A DNA stretch of 51,090 nucleotides. Origin: Verrucomicrobia bacterium Opi.OSU.00C. GTDB taxonomy: Bacteria; Verrucomicrobiota; Verrucomicrobiia; Opitutales; PNEW01. The notes beneath the pieces were generated by a model. That model did no database searches. It was not told the DNA's origin and was given only the letters and a program-made list of their open reading frames with translations. How positions within the stretch are numbered: the stretch's first letter is position 1; every line of letters starts with the position of its first letter. The translations under genes and the position numbers were made by a program. The DNA is taken from positions 1-51,090 of the forward strand of contig PNEW01000004.1 in the NCBI GenBank assembly GCA_002922725.1, in the 5' to 3' direction. Of this stretch, positions 27,828 through 39,521 are shown piece by piece.

Positions 27828-28592
27828 ATGAAGGCGCCAACTCTAATCAAAATAAGATTAGATGAACTGCTATTAGAACGTGGGTTCTCTAATTCGCGCA
27901 CACAAGCGAGGAATATGATCCTGGAAGGAAAAATTAAAAGTGGATCACGTGTCCTCAGTAAGCCAGGTAAATTTTATCTACGTGATATTGACTTATTGGT
28001 CACCGAACCGCCACGTTATGTTAGCCGCGGTGGTGACAAACTTGCAGGTTTTCTAGAAAACAGCCCCTTAAATATAAAAGGTAATATCGTGCTTGATATA
28101 GGTGCTTCGGTTGGAGGATTTACCGATTACTTACTTCAGCAAAAGGTAAAAACAGTAACTTGTATAGATGTGGGGCATAACCAACTTCATCAAAAGCTGC
28201 TTAATAATCCACGTGTTATCCATCTTGAAAGAGTGAATATCCGAAAATTGTCTCCAGATATATTGCCCTACCCTTTCTATGACTTAATCACAGTTGATCT
28301 CTCCTTCATTTCACTACGTAAGGTATTGCAAGACATATGGCCGCTAGTAAAAATAAATGGTACTCTAATAGTCTTAATAAAACCACAATTCGAAGTAGGG
28401 AAAAAAATTATTAAACAAGCAAAAGGTGTCGTTAAAAACCGAGTTATTGTTGACCGAGTTGTCTTTGAGGTTAAGGAATTCTGTGCTCGGTTTCTAGAGG
28501 GCAGTGAAGAAATAGACCAGATTGAATCTCCCATAAAAGGAGCCGACGGAAACCGCGAGTTCTTTCTTAGTCTACGAAAACATAGAGTTTGA
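27828..28592 (+). CDS. tlyA: TlyA family rRNA 2'-O-methyltransferase (S4 + FtsJ domains)
   Basis: RLDELL, YVSRGGDKL, LDIGAS.GGFTD, DVGHNQL, DLSFISL, LIKPQFE, SPIKGADGNREF. Likely start is the ATG at 27828. Confidence 0.93.
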   Translation: MKAPTLIKIRLDELLLERGFSNSRTQARNMILEGKIKSGSRVLSKPGKFYLRDIDLLVTEPPRYVSRGGDKLAGFLENSPLNIKGNIVLDIGASVGGFTDYLLQQKVKTVTCIDVGHNQLHQKLLNNPRVIHLERVNIRKLSPDILPYPFYDLITVDLSFISLRKVLQDIWPLVKINGTLIVLIKPQFEVGKKIIKQAKGVVKNRVIVDRVVFEVKEFCARFLEGSEEIDQIESPIKGADGNREFFLSLRKHRV

Positions 28593-29069
28593 AAATTATA
28601 TAATTATCGACCAAGGTAATAGTTTCAAGTATCTTAATCCTAGGCCAAGAGTATCAGGTAATTATAGTAACCCATTACAAAGTTTAAAAAAATTTTCGAA
28701 TCCTCCTTTAAAAGGCAATTTTTTCAAAAATTTAGATTATACCGTATTTGAGAGGGAAAACATCTGACGATGTTATGTTAGATCATTATTCCATTTCTGA
28801 TCATCGCCCTTGGACTATATGGAGCATAAATAATATTTAAAACTATGACCTTAGGGGAGACGTGAGGAAACTAAATGAATCTTTTACACTATGCATCAGG
28901 TTCAATAATGCCCTCTACATCGGTAAAATAAAGATATGCCCCTTATTTCATAGTTTAATCATCATTTTACTTTGTTGCCACATCAAGGGAAAAATGTAAC
29001 CTCAAAATCAAAGTTATATTTCGATCTATATCTTTGATATGCTCACTTTACATTTATCTATCATTCCTA

Positions 29070-29900
29070 ATGAAACCTATAAATAAAATAACATTTGTAA
29101 TTAATAAGAGAAAAGCCGGTGCAGAGGAATTAGCAAATACCTTAATTGCAAAAGCTGAAAAAAGAGCCATTCAAACATTAACGACGAAAGAGTTTCCACT
29201 TCCTCAAGGAATTTTAGCTGACTCTCAATGTTGCGTAGTTATTGGTGGAGATGGGACATTGCTCAGTGTTGTCGAAGAATCAGTGCGACACAAACTTCCA
29301 GTTATTGGAATCAACCTTGGCAAATTAGGTTTCATGTCTACATTTTCTGCACAGGAAGCAGAAGCGGGATTTGATACACTTCTTTCCGGTAACTATCAAA
29401 TTGTCGAAAGATCAATTATTAACTGTGTTACCACTCAGAAAAAAATGTTTTTCGCTTTAAATGATGTGGTGATAAAAAATCATTCTTCACGGCTCGTAAG
29501 ACTGGAAGTTTTTACGAATGGGGAATCGGTAAATGAGTATTTCTGTGACGGCCTTGTGTTTTCGACTCCCACTGGATCAACAGCCTATAACATGTCTGCG
29601 GGTGGACCAATTATTCATCCTGCAGCTAAAGTTTTAGCAATGACACCTATTTGTCCACATACTTTAAGTAATCGAAGTGTGATTTTTGACCACGGAGAAA
29701 TTTTAAATGTTAAACTTCACGCTGATGACTATGATGTAGTTTTAAATATTGACGGAAGAAGTAGTTCTAAAAACAAGGAAGACTTTCCACTTCAAATTTC
29801 AGTCTCAGACAAGAATTTTCTACTAATGCTTCAAAAAGACTATTCACATTTTAAATTGATTCGTAGCAAATTAAATTGGACTGGTGATTCAATTGGTTAG
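29070..29900 (+). CDS. nadK: NAD+ kinase
   Basis: GGDGTLL, GINLGKLGF, ALND, DGLVFSTPTGSTAYNMSAGGP, TPICPH. Likely start is the ATG at 29070. Confidence 0.95.
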   Translation: MKPINKITFVINKRKAGAEELANTLIAKAEKRAIQTLTTKEFPLPQGILADSQCCVVIGGDGTLLSVVEESVRHKLPVIGINLGKLGFMSTFSAQEAEAGFDTLLSGNYQIVERSIINCVTTQKKMFFALNDVVIKNHSSRLVRLEVFTNGESVNEYFCDGLVFSTPTGSTAYNMSAGGPIIHPAAKVLAMTPICPHTLSNRSVIFDHGEILNVKLHADDYDVVLNIDGRSSSKNKEDFPLQISVSDKNFLLMLQKDYSHFKLIRSKLNWTGDSIG

Positions 29901-29985
29901 ACTGCTTCAATCACGATCTTCAATGCTAAAATCTTGCATGCGGCATGTATTCAAACTTAAATAATAATAACCGCATAGATTTTTA

Positions 29986-30777
29986 ATGATGGAAGAATAC
30001 TACATACGACAACCTGAAACAGACAATGTCCGCGGTCCCTTTACCCTAACTAAATTGGCTGGAATGGCGGAATCTGATCAGATTGACTTAAATACCTTAA
30101 TTAACGATAGAGATGAAGGGGAATGGCTCGCGATTGGCAGTCGTGAAGAATTAAAACAGATCATTTTTCCTGAAAAGAAGAAACTCAGTTTAAAAATCAA
30201 ATCTGACGAAGACTTAAATCTCTTGAATGTTGATGAGGAAGAAGATGAAGAAGAAACAATCGAAGTAGTTGATATGCTCGCGGCAGCAGAAGGCGACACC
30301 GAGGAGACTAAACACATCAAGAATAAAGTGGTGTGGCAGGGTAAAGCTGCAACTCTTGCTCTACCATTTATGGGGGTGATTTTGATTTTAAGTTCTATTG
30401 CTTATATCTATCCCAGTATTGATATTGTTCAAACTGTTATTGATGAAGGAAACTATATGCTCATACTGCATAAGCCATTAATACTTGTAGGTGCATTAGA
30501 TCTTTTCTTTGCAATATCTTTATTTTTATCTGTCACTGAAATCTATCCTATTTTGCGACTTCGAGCGATGTTTGGTCTAGGGTATTTTGGATTCCTCCAT
30601 TGGGCTACTTGGCAAATGGGTGATCAAATTTCTTTATATCTTATGATTAGTTCTATTGGTGTAAGTATGGCCATCTTTATATGTACCTTAACACTCAACT
30701 TTATACTCATGATAAGTTTCGCTGTTTTAGGCATCCTGAGTGTAGGTAGCTACCTCTATTTAACAGTTGTTCAATAG
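29986..30777 (+). CDS. Membrane protein with N-terminal GYF_2 (DUF4339)-like domain
   Basis: YYIR...RGPFT..L...I...TLI...EW pattern, acidic linker, then about five hydrophobic segments. Confidence 0.65.
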   Translation: MMEEYYIRQPETDNVRGPFTLTKLAGMAESDQIDLNTLINDRDEGEWLAIGSREELKQIIFPEKKKLSLKIKSDEDLNLLNVDEEEDEEETIEVVDMLAAAEGDTEETKHIKNKVVWQGKAATLALPFMGVILILSSIAYIYPSIDIVQTVIDEGNYMLILHKPLILVGALDLFFAISLFLSVTEIYPILRLRAMFGLGYFGFLHWATWQMGDQISLYLMISSIGVSMAIFICTLTLNFILMISFAVLGILSVGSYLYLTVVQ

Positions 30778-30988
30778 CTGTAAACCTGTGTGAAAAGGTT
30801 TTTACACCTCTAACACACAAAAGTATTAATATTAGATTAGTTAAATCTAGATACTGGTTGGCATTTGATAAACAGTCTACCTACTATTTTATTAGTAATA
30901 TCCTTTTATACATCTTCATTTAATTGAGTGATAATATAACACGAAATAAGTTGTAGTTAAGAAATACATTACTTAAATATTATTTACT

Positions 30989-31366
30989 ATGGCACATGAA
31001 ATATCTATCCAAGCAGGCGGTTTGAATTTTATCATTGAGTACCGAAACTTTGGTAAAGACCGGGGCCCTGCGATTCGCGTTTATGCAGACATTAAGAATC
31101 AAACCACACAGGTGCTGCGGTTTGATTGCTTCGAGAACGATCCACATTATCACTACGACCCCGATGGTAAAAATGAAATGCATCACCTCTCCCTTAAAGA
31201 TACACCCGATACAGTAGCTTGGAGCCTGGAACAAATTCGCTCTAGGACTGTAGAAATGTTACAGAAGGCTGGTTACAATGAAAAAGCTGACCAAATAAAT
31301 TCCGAGGAAATTGCAAATTCGATTAACGCAATGGCACATGCTATAAGCAGCTTGACCCCCCACTAA
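30989..31366 (+). CDS. Hypothetical protein (RFDCF..DPHYHY motif)
   Basis: 125-aa ATG ORF in AT-rich flanks with a compact motif LRFDCFENDPHYHYDP. Confidence 0.75.
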   Translation: MAHEISIQAGGLNFIIEYRNFGKDRGPAIRVYADIKNQTTQVLRFDCFENDPHYHYDPDGKNEMHHLSLKDTPDTVAWSLEQIRSRTVEMLQKAGYNEKADQINSEEIANSINAMAHAISSLTPH

Positions 31367-31518
31367 AATTTAAAACTTTAAGGGCTTAACTTAAATAGTA
31401 TCAAATAGTAGGTGATGGTGTAAGATTCTGATAAGTTTCCCCAGTATAACCTTGGGTATTTATTAGTATTTTAAAACGGTTCTTGTGCAATTCCACATAA
31501 CCCGTCATGTAAAAATAC

Positions 31519-32853
31519 ATGAGAAATAAACTCAAGGGTTTAACCTCAATATTAGGAACTAAGCTTCCACAGAAGGGAAATGTACGCTATAATTACATTC
31601 TGGGGATTACGAATGGTTCTCTTTTCATGTTTGGCATCGCTTTCATTAATCCACTTACCGTACTCCCTGTATTTATAAAATGTTTTACCACTTCTGATTT
31701 TATTGTAGGAATTGCTGGTTCATTGTGGCGAATGGGTTGGCTGTTACCACAGTTGCTCGTCGCTGGATACGTGGAAAAAATCCCCTACAAGCGGAATATC
31801 TATTTACGTATAAATAGCATACGGTTATTATTAACCTGGCTAACGATACCCTTAGTGGCTACTTTCGCGATTACACAACCTACATTTCTATTAGTCTGTT
31901 TCTTGCTACTTTTTGCATTTGCAACATTTCTTGGGGGTATCGCAGGACTGCCTTTTAATGACATGGTTGCTAAAACTATTCCCGTCGAGTATTTAGGTTC
32001 TTTTTTTGCAACGAGAATGTTTTTTGGCGCAGGAATAATGAGTATAATCGCAGGATTCATCGTGAAATATATCCTCAGTGAAGAAGTAATGTTCCCCTTC
32101 CCTAATAATTTTGTAGTTATTTTTACTTTTGCTGCATTATTTATGACTCTGGGCATTGCTTCTTACTCTTTCGTGCGCGAACCACCGAGTAAAATTAGTT
32201 CCACCCAGAGAACATTTTTCAGTTTAATAAAAGAAATTCCATTAATATTAAAACGAGATGTTAACTATCGTCGGCTGATCATAGTCCAGTTACTCTCATC
32301 AGGAATAAGTTTTTCATTACCATTTTACATCATTATCGCTCAGGAAAATTTCGGTTCAACAGTCAGTACCGCAGGAACATTTATCACGGCACAAACCTTT
32401 GGCGTGTTATTTTTTAACCTCCTATGGAAATTTATTTCTAATCACTATGGAGATCGTCAGGTCATCTTCATCGCCCTTATTTTACAGGCCATAATACCAA
32501 TATATACTTTAATAATTAGTAAAGGGTTTGGTTTTTGGTTATTACAAAGTCAACCATGGGTAGTGACAGCAGCCTTTTCTCCTATTTTTATCTTAATTGG
32601 AGGAACGATGTCAGGATTATGGGTTGGGTACAGCAGCTATATCTTAAGTATATCTCCCGAAGATCGACGTCCCACTTATGTAGGTACCAGTAATACAATC
32701 CTGGGCATCGCGGCAATTTTCCCAGCTCTGGGTGGATATATCGCCGATCGTGCAGGATTACACTCTGTTATCGTTCTTTCTGTTTTAACTGTTTGTGTTG
32801 CTATACCTTATAGTCGAAAACTTAAGGCACCAACTTCACGGTTAAATTACTAG
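31519..32853 (+). CDS. MFS transporter
   Basis: About 12 hydrophobic segments, with D...K.IP...G and SPEDRRPTY..GGYIADRAG MFS-type loops. Confidence 0.85.
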   Translation: MRNKLKGLTSILGTKLPQKGNVRYNYILGITNGSLFMFGIAFINPLTVLPVFIKCFTTSDFIVGIAGSLWRMGWLLPQLLVAGYVEKIPYKRNIYLRINSIRLLLTWLTIPLVATFAITQPTFLLVCFLLLFAFATFLGGIAGLPFNDMVAKTIPVEYLGSFFATRMFFGAGIMSIIAGFIVKYILSEEVMFPFPNNFVVIFTFAALFMTLGIASYSFVREPPSKISSTQRTFFSLIKEIPLILKRDVNYRRLIIVQLLSSGISFSLPFYIIIAQENFGSTVSTAGTFITAQTFGVLFFNLLWKFISNHYGDRQVIFIALILQAIIPIYTLIISKGFGFWLLQSQPWVVTAAFSPIFILIGGTMSGLWVGYSSYILSISPEDRRPTYVGTSNTILGIAAIFPALGGYIADRAGLHSVIVLSVLTVCVAIPYSRKLKAPTSRLNY

Positions 32854-33196
32854 CCACCGACATAACTTTCAAAGAAATGTAAAATAATTGATTTTTTGGA
32901 ATTTGGTTACCGTCAGTGAGGTAATTAACAACCTACCTTCTAGACACCACGTTCCATACTTGTTTGGAGATTAATACCCCAGCCCATCACCCCACCTCTC
33001 ATTAAACACCTCCGCCGTATTCAGATTTTAAATCTATATCATCGCTATGTATATCTCACTTGCTTATTGGTGGCCTTGATAATAAGTAGAACCCTAAGAA
33101 TTATAAGCTATAAAAATAATATCCTTTTTCTTTAGTCAAAAAATTTAAAATAGTCGTATGCGTCCACCTAAACTACAAAGATCACAGGACACAGTC

Positions 33197-34744
<1,548 letters not shown>

Positions 34745-35072
34745 AAATGCAATACTACCTGCACGGAATCCGATATCCGAACAAGATGATTGTTATCTCG
34801 ATGTTTGACAGCGAGCGACCACAGCGTTTTGCCTAAAGAGGTATTTCTTTTTTGCCCTCCGCCGCATACAAGGTAATGGATATATTAGATGGCATTCCAC
34901 TGTTAATGATTACCCCCACTACCTACCTAAATTATCAGAGAAAAGGAATCAGTTTCATCCAGTGTTATACTTGGATATTGGCGGATTTATTGGTAACTTT
35001 GCATAAATTCACAAAGTTAAATATCTATAACGATAGTATCACTTTAGAATTTAATGAAATAGCTCAAAATAA

Positions 35073-36002
35073 TTAAATAGTATCCATATTAGAACTGGAT
35101 AGAACACTAAGTTCATTAATGATCTCTGGAGTGATATCACATGCCTCAGCCTCAAAGGCTTGATTGACATGATCAGAATTTCTAGCGCCAATTAGCATGC
35201 TTGTTATACCAGGCTGTTCTAAAACCCACCGCAACGCAAGTTGAACTCTGGAAAAACCTGTTCTTTCTGAGATAACTTCTAAATTTCCATCAAGTTCTAA
35301 AAGTTTTTTCTTAAAATAAATATTTTTGTGGCCAGGTTTTACATCAAAACGTGTCCCTTTAGGCGTTGCTTTTCCCTTTTTGTACTTTCCAGTTAAGAAG
35401 CCAGCTCCGAGAGGACTATAAGAAATGATACCTATATTTTCCTTCTTACAAAAAGGGACCACCTTATCTTCAATTCCTCGAACCGCGAGATTGTAGATTG
35501 CCTCTAGTGATTGGATCGTTGAAAACCCATTATCTTTCTGTATTTTTAAGGCCTCGTCCATTTGATTATCGCTGTAGTTATTACAGCCTACATAACGAAC
35601 TTTTCCTTCTTTCACTAGTTTTTCTAATGCTTCAAGCGTATCCTGAAATGGGGTATTAACATCATAACCAATTTCAAAAAAATCCACGTAGTCTGTTTTC
35701 AAACGCAGAAGGCTTTCCTCAGCGCAGTTAAAAATTGTCTTTGGCGAGAGATCCCCGTGAACCTTTGTCACGATAACAACTTTATCTCGGTTATTACGAA
35801 TAGAAAAATAATTTCCCATTACTTGTTCAGATGAGCCATCTCCATAAGCATAAGCTGTATTTAAGATATTGATCCCTCGATCAATCGCATGATCAAGGAT
35901 GGCAAAAGAAGTTTCTTCGTCGATTTCACGTCCAAAAGTTACACAGCCTAAACCGATAGAACTAACTTTCACTTCAGTGTTTCCATATTTACGATATTCC
36001 AT
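35073..36002 (-). CDS. Aldo/keto reductase
   Basis: SIGLGC, TAYAYG..SE, TK, SL.RLKTDYVD, GKVRYVG, YSPLGAGFLTGKY, QLALRW. Confidence 0.92.
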   Translation of the reverse strand: MEYRKYGNTEVKVSSIGLGCVTFGREIDEETSFAILDHAIDRGINILNTAYAYGDGSSEQVMGNYFSIRNNRDKVVIVTKVHGDLSPKTIFNCAEESLLRLKTDYVDFFEIGYDVNTPFQDTLEALEKLVKEGKVRYVGCNNYSDNQMDEALKIQKDNGFSTIQSLEAIYNLAVRGIEDKVVPFCKKENIGIISYSPLGAGFLTGKYKKGKATPKGTRFDVKPGHKNIYFKKKLLELDGNLEVISERTGFSRVQLALRWVLEQPGITSMLIGARNSDHVNQAFEAEACDITPEIINELSVLSSSNMDTI

Positions 36003-36027
36003 TGTATTTTATGATAGTTAAAAATTA

Positions 36028-36810
36028 TTAGCGTGGTTGAATCCAGTGTCGAAAAAGTGGTTTAGCAATATTATCAATTCGACTATAAGAATCTTGCTTC
36101 AATGCTGGGTATGCAGCCCCGAAAATACCCGGTTCGTCAACAATAATTTTTCTTTCCACTGATCCGGGCATTAGTGAATCTAAATTCAACCACCAGGGTG
36201 CATAGCGCACGACCAAGGCAGCGCGTCGTTTGTCCGTATGATTTACTGCGCTGGCATGCCATAACCGGCTATCTAAGATAAGTACGCTTCCTGCGGAACC
36301 TTCACCATGAACCTGATCTGGATAGTCGTCATACCTATACTCGTTGTCATAAGTAGGATTAGTTCCCCATTTATGACTACCAGGCCTCATTAGGGTACCA
36401 CCGCTATCCTGTGTGAAATCAACCAGCATAAAAAGCGCCGTCAGATGCATAACAGTATCAGGCACCGGTTTGGGAATGTGTCCACCGTTAAACGGACAAA
36501 ATGGCCAATCTGAGTGCCAATCACCTCGTTTATTTTGGGGTTCATTGATTTGGGTTGAAGTGGCCGATATCCGTGCATGGGACCCAAATAATGATTCAAT
36601 AATGGTAATTATCCGTGGATCAGCCGCATAAGGAGCAAAAGACTGAGTATAATTAATTGTAGTCGCAAGATAGGTATTATTAGCTCCTTTTTTTCCGTAC
36701 CTATCAGCTGCTTCAACTATGTCGTTCCTTACACTACTCAATTTGTCTTCAGGGATGACATTCTTTAAAATGGTGAAACCTTGCTCACGAATTTCTTCTA
36801 CTGGAATCAT
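36028..36810 (-). CDS. Phytanoyl-CoA dioxygenase (PhyH) family Fe(II)/2OG dioxygenase
   Basis: EQGFTIL, WHSD, GGT..PGSH, LWH...N...R facial-triad pattern. Confidence 0.88.
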   Translation of the reverse strand: MIPVEEIREQGFTILKNVIPEDKLSSVRNDIVEAADRYGKKGANNTYLATTINYTQSFAPYAADPRIITIIESLFGSHARISATSTQINEPQNKRGDWHSDWPFCPFNGGHIPKPVPDTVMHLTALFMLVDFTQDSGGTLMRPGSHKWGTNPTYDNEYRYDDYPDQVHGEGSAGSVLILDSRLWHASAVNHTDKRRAALVVRYAPWWLNLDSLMPGSVERKIIVDEPGIFGAAYPALKQDSYSRIDNIAKPLFRHWIQPR

Positions 36811-36840
36811 AAGATCTACTTTTTTAAAAAAATTTTAGAT

Positions 36841-38532
36841 TTATTCATGTATCACAAAAACTTCAATTTCATCAATAATAATATCTTCATCAATATTTGG
36901 ATCACTCAATATCAAAGCAACTTGCAACCAGTTGTCGCCGTATATTGCAGGAGGGGAATTTAATTCGAACCAACAAGTTGTTGTGGGGCGATCGATTTCT
37001 TTTTGAATGATAGGGTGTCCTCTACCAGTAGTTTGAGGATCGTGAAGGAATGTATCACCTTTTATTGTATTATCATGAACAGCTACCTTTTCCTCTCCTT
37101 CTTTAAGTTTGCGAATTGCTCTATCTGTTGCAGTCTCAATAGGTGCTGCTTTAATACGTTTTTCATTATTGTTTAGTCTTATTGAATTTTGAGGGATTTC
37201 CTCATCATTAATACATACCCTTATTCGATCTTCAAGACTCATATAACCAGCACGAAATAGTAAAGAAGCTTTACGCACCTTGATAAAATCTTCACAAACA
37301 CGAAAACGGTAAGATGCACTTTTCCCAGTTTCCCTTCGCTTTAGAACGATCTTGTCCGCTTTTACGATACCTGTTGGGGAACAATCCAAACCATGAAAGG
37401 TACACCCACCCCATAAGGGTTCAAATACATAATGTTTTCTTCTTGTGGTAACTCGAATAGGATCTCTCAATTCAACCATATCATATAGCTGCATAGGATA
37501 AAAGGGCGCCCAATCATTTGAAACAAAGTGGTTATAAATCGATATACCATCTGCACCAGCACCGTAGTAGTTTTGCGTCACAGCCCGCATTTGTTCTATT
37601 GTTAATGGCTTACGGTTTAATCTGCGTTCCGATCGATTGCTCATCCAAGGAAGGATCGCTGGATAAAGATAACAGGGCTTATCCTGAGCACGAGTAATAG
37701 TTGTAAATTCATCATATGGGGCATTAATATCTGTATTCATTTGATCACTTGGAGAGACATAGTCGAGGTAACCCTTAGTAATCCAGGTAGTAACATCCAA
37801 CCCCATATCACGACAGTCATTAATAGTCTGGAAAACTCTTGCCCCTAACTTGAGTTTCACTCCTTTAGCCTGATTTTCGTTATATAACATCTCATGAACC
37901 TTCTTGACCATATCTGTCATCAACGATTCTCGATCACGGCTTTTACCAGCAGGAAAATATATACGATCCCTGAAGCAAAGCTCCAGACCGTCCACATCAA
38001 AGTTTCTCACTAGTTCTTCCGCAATGGAAATAATATAATCTCTGACTTCAGAAAATGTAAAATCAAGAAATGAACTTAATTGATAGGCTTCACCAGAAGG
38101 TAAATCATTTATTTTCCACTGAGGATTATTCGTTAGAAATGTAGACCCGGCGCCGACACCTTGCTCAAGAGATATGTGTCCATGATCATCATTTATGCGT
38201 AAGCCGGCTATAAACTTCATACCACGTTTATGGCTCTGGTCAATAAGCACCGATAGTGGCTGAATCCCTGCATCTAAAAGAGGAAGTAAACATTGATGCT
38301 GTGGCCGTTGATCGTACTCAAATCGCTCACAGCGCCAATAGGTGGTCCACCCTTGAGTATAAACTTCCTGAATAAAAGTGTCCACTTGGGCATCAGCTAA
38401 ATCGTCAACCCAATTTCTTAAATCCTCTTCTCTCGGTCTTTCTGGAAGATAACTACGTAAACTTGAGGAAGGATCGCTTATATATATAACGCGTTGATTA
38501 CCACGTGGATAATAAGAACCGAGAGACCCCAT
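36841..38532 (-). CDS. Hypothetical protein, glycosyl hydrolase-like (GHL10-type TIM barrel) with C-terminal beta domain
   Basis: H.RGMKF.AGLRIND.H, LDFTFSEVRD, FDVDGLEL.F, GLDV.TW...G..DY, GADGISIYN pattern. Confidence 0.6.
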   Translation of the reverse strand: MGSLGSYYPRGNQRVIYISDPSSSLRSYLPERPREEDLRNWVDDLADAQVDTFIQEVYTQGWTTYWRCERFEYDQRPQHQCLLPLLDAGIQPLSVLIDQSHKRGMKFIAGLRINDDHGHISLEQGVGAGSTFLTNNPQWKINDLPSGEAYQLSSFLDFTFSEVRDYIISIAEELVRNFDVDGLELCFRDRIYFPAGKSRDRESLMTDMVKKVHEMLYNENQAKGVKLKLGARVFQTINDCRDMGLDVTTWITKGYLDYVSPSDQMNTDINAPYDEFTTITRAQDKPCYLYPAILPWMSNRSERRLNRKPLTIEQMRAVTQNYYGAGADGISIYNHFVSNDWAPFYPMQLYDMVELRDPIRVTTRRKHYVFEPLWGGCTFHGLDCSPTGIVKADKIVLKRRETGKSASYRFRVCEDFIKVRKASLLFRAGYMSLEDRIRVCINDEEIPQNSIRLNNNEKRIKAAPIETATDRAIRKLKEGEEKVAVHDNTIKGDTFLHDPQTTGRGHPIIQKEIDRPTTTCWFELNSPPAIYGDNWLQVALILSDPNIDEDIIIDEIEVFVIHE

Positions 38533-38679
38533 AAAGTCGGATCTTTTTTAGCATTATGGATCATTGTCAAGAAATATTGGATTTTTTAGTTTACATCTCA
38601 CATTCCATATTATTACCAATCAAGTCATAAATTTTATTTTTCCACATACCACAAGTAGTTTTAATTCTGTTAAAGAAAA

Positions 38680-39471
38680 ATGCTTACATCACATCAAATT
38701 ACTTATTATAAGACTTTTGGATTTTTGATTCTTCGTGATCTACTTAATCCTGATGAAATCGGTGAAATTAATTTTGAGTTTGAATCTAAATTAAAGAACA
38801 CTCTTCGCTCAACAACAACACCAGGTCACCATAAATATGTGAGTTGGCCAAATCTTGGACCAGATACACCCTTCACAGGTTCCTTATTGGAAGATAATAG
38901 AATATGCATAATTGCAAAGCAACTTCTAGGTAGTGAGTTTTTTGGAATTTCTTGTAATTCTGGTAGTTTTGTAAACGACACGCAATGGCACCCCGACTGT
39001 GAAGATATAAATTTACATGCCCTCAAATTTGCTTTCTATCTTCAATCATTAAATGCTGACAATGGCGCTATAAGGTTCATTCCCGGTTCACATCATAACC
39101 CCTTCCATGAAATACTTCTGAGAAATAACTTGAGAGGTGAAAGACCAGACAATGTCAGTGCCCATATTTGTGGAGTTAACCCAGGTGATGGAATTATATT
39201 TGACGCGCGACTTTGGCATGGAAGTTCAGGAGGGTCAGAAGATCGCCGATTAATTACGCTTATTTACAATCGCGTTCCAGAAACTATTGCTGAAAAAGAA
39301 GCGACATTCTATGATGCCAAAGGATCTTGCCGCACCAGAGAGAATCTTGCAAAAAATACATATAAATCACCGAGCCTCGAGTACCATCCTAAATGGATTT
39401 CAAATGAACACAAAGATGATCGTCGTCAGAAGTGGATTGACTGGATAAAGACATTTAAATATTTAAGATAA
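38680..39471 (+). CDS. PhyH family Fe(II)/2OG dioxygenase
   Basis: YKTFGFL, WHPD, GAIRFIPGSH, PGD..IFD.RLWH, RR. Confidence 0.88.
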   Translation: MLTSHQITYYKTFGFLILRDLLNPDEIGEINFEFESKLKNTLRSTTTPGHHKYVSWPNLGPDTPFTGSLLEDNRICIIAKQLLGSEFFGISCNSGSFVNDTQWHPDCEDINLHALKFAFYLQSLNADNGAIRFIPGSHHNPFHEILLRNNLRGERPDNVSAHICGVNPGDGIIFDARLWHGSSGGSEDRRLITLIYNRVPETIAEKEATFYDAKGSCRTRENLAKNTYKSPSLEYHPKWISNEHKDDRRQKWIDWIKTFKYLR

Positions 39472-39521
39472 TAACTTTTTTTTCTTAAAATCCTACTCTG
39501 CTCAACCTTTGATCACTTGAA

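Noticed and set aside
27708-28592. TlyA as a haemolysin or virulence factor
   Set aside because: The tlyA-nadK context is a standard housekeeping arrangement, and the motifs indicate an rRNA methyltransferase.
28593-29033. 440-bp gap between tlyA and nadK containing a short hydrophobic frame (IIPFLIIALGLYGA*)
   Set aside because: An in-frame stop precedes it and there is no start codon or recognisable family, so it is not supportable as a gene or pseudogene.
34852-35076. 74-aa ORF downstream of the sulfatase
   Set aside because: TTG start, no ribosome-binding site, no motif, AT-rich intergenic character.
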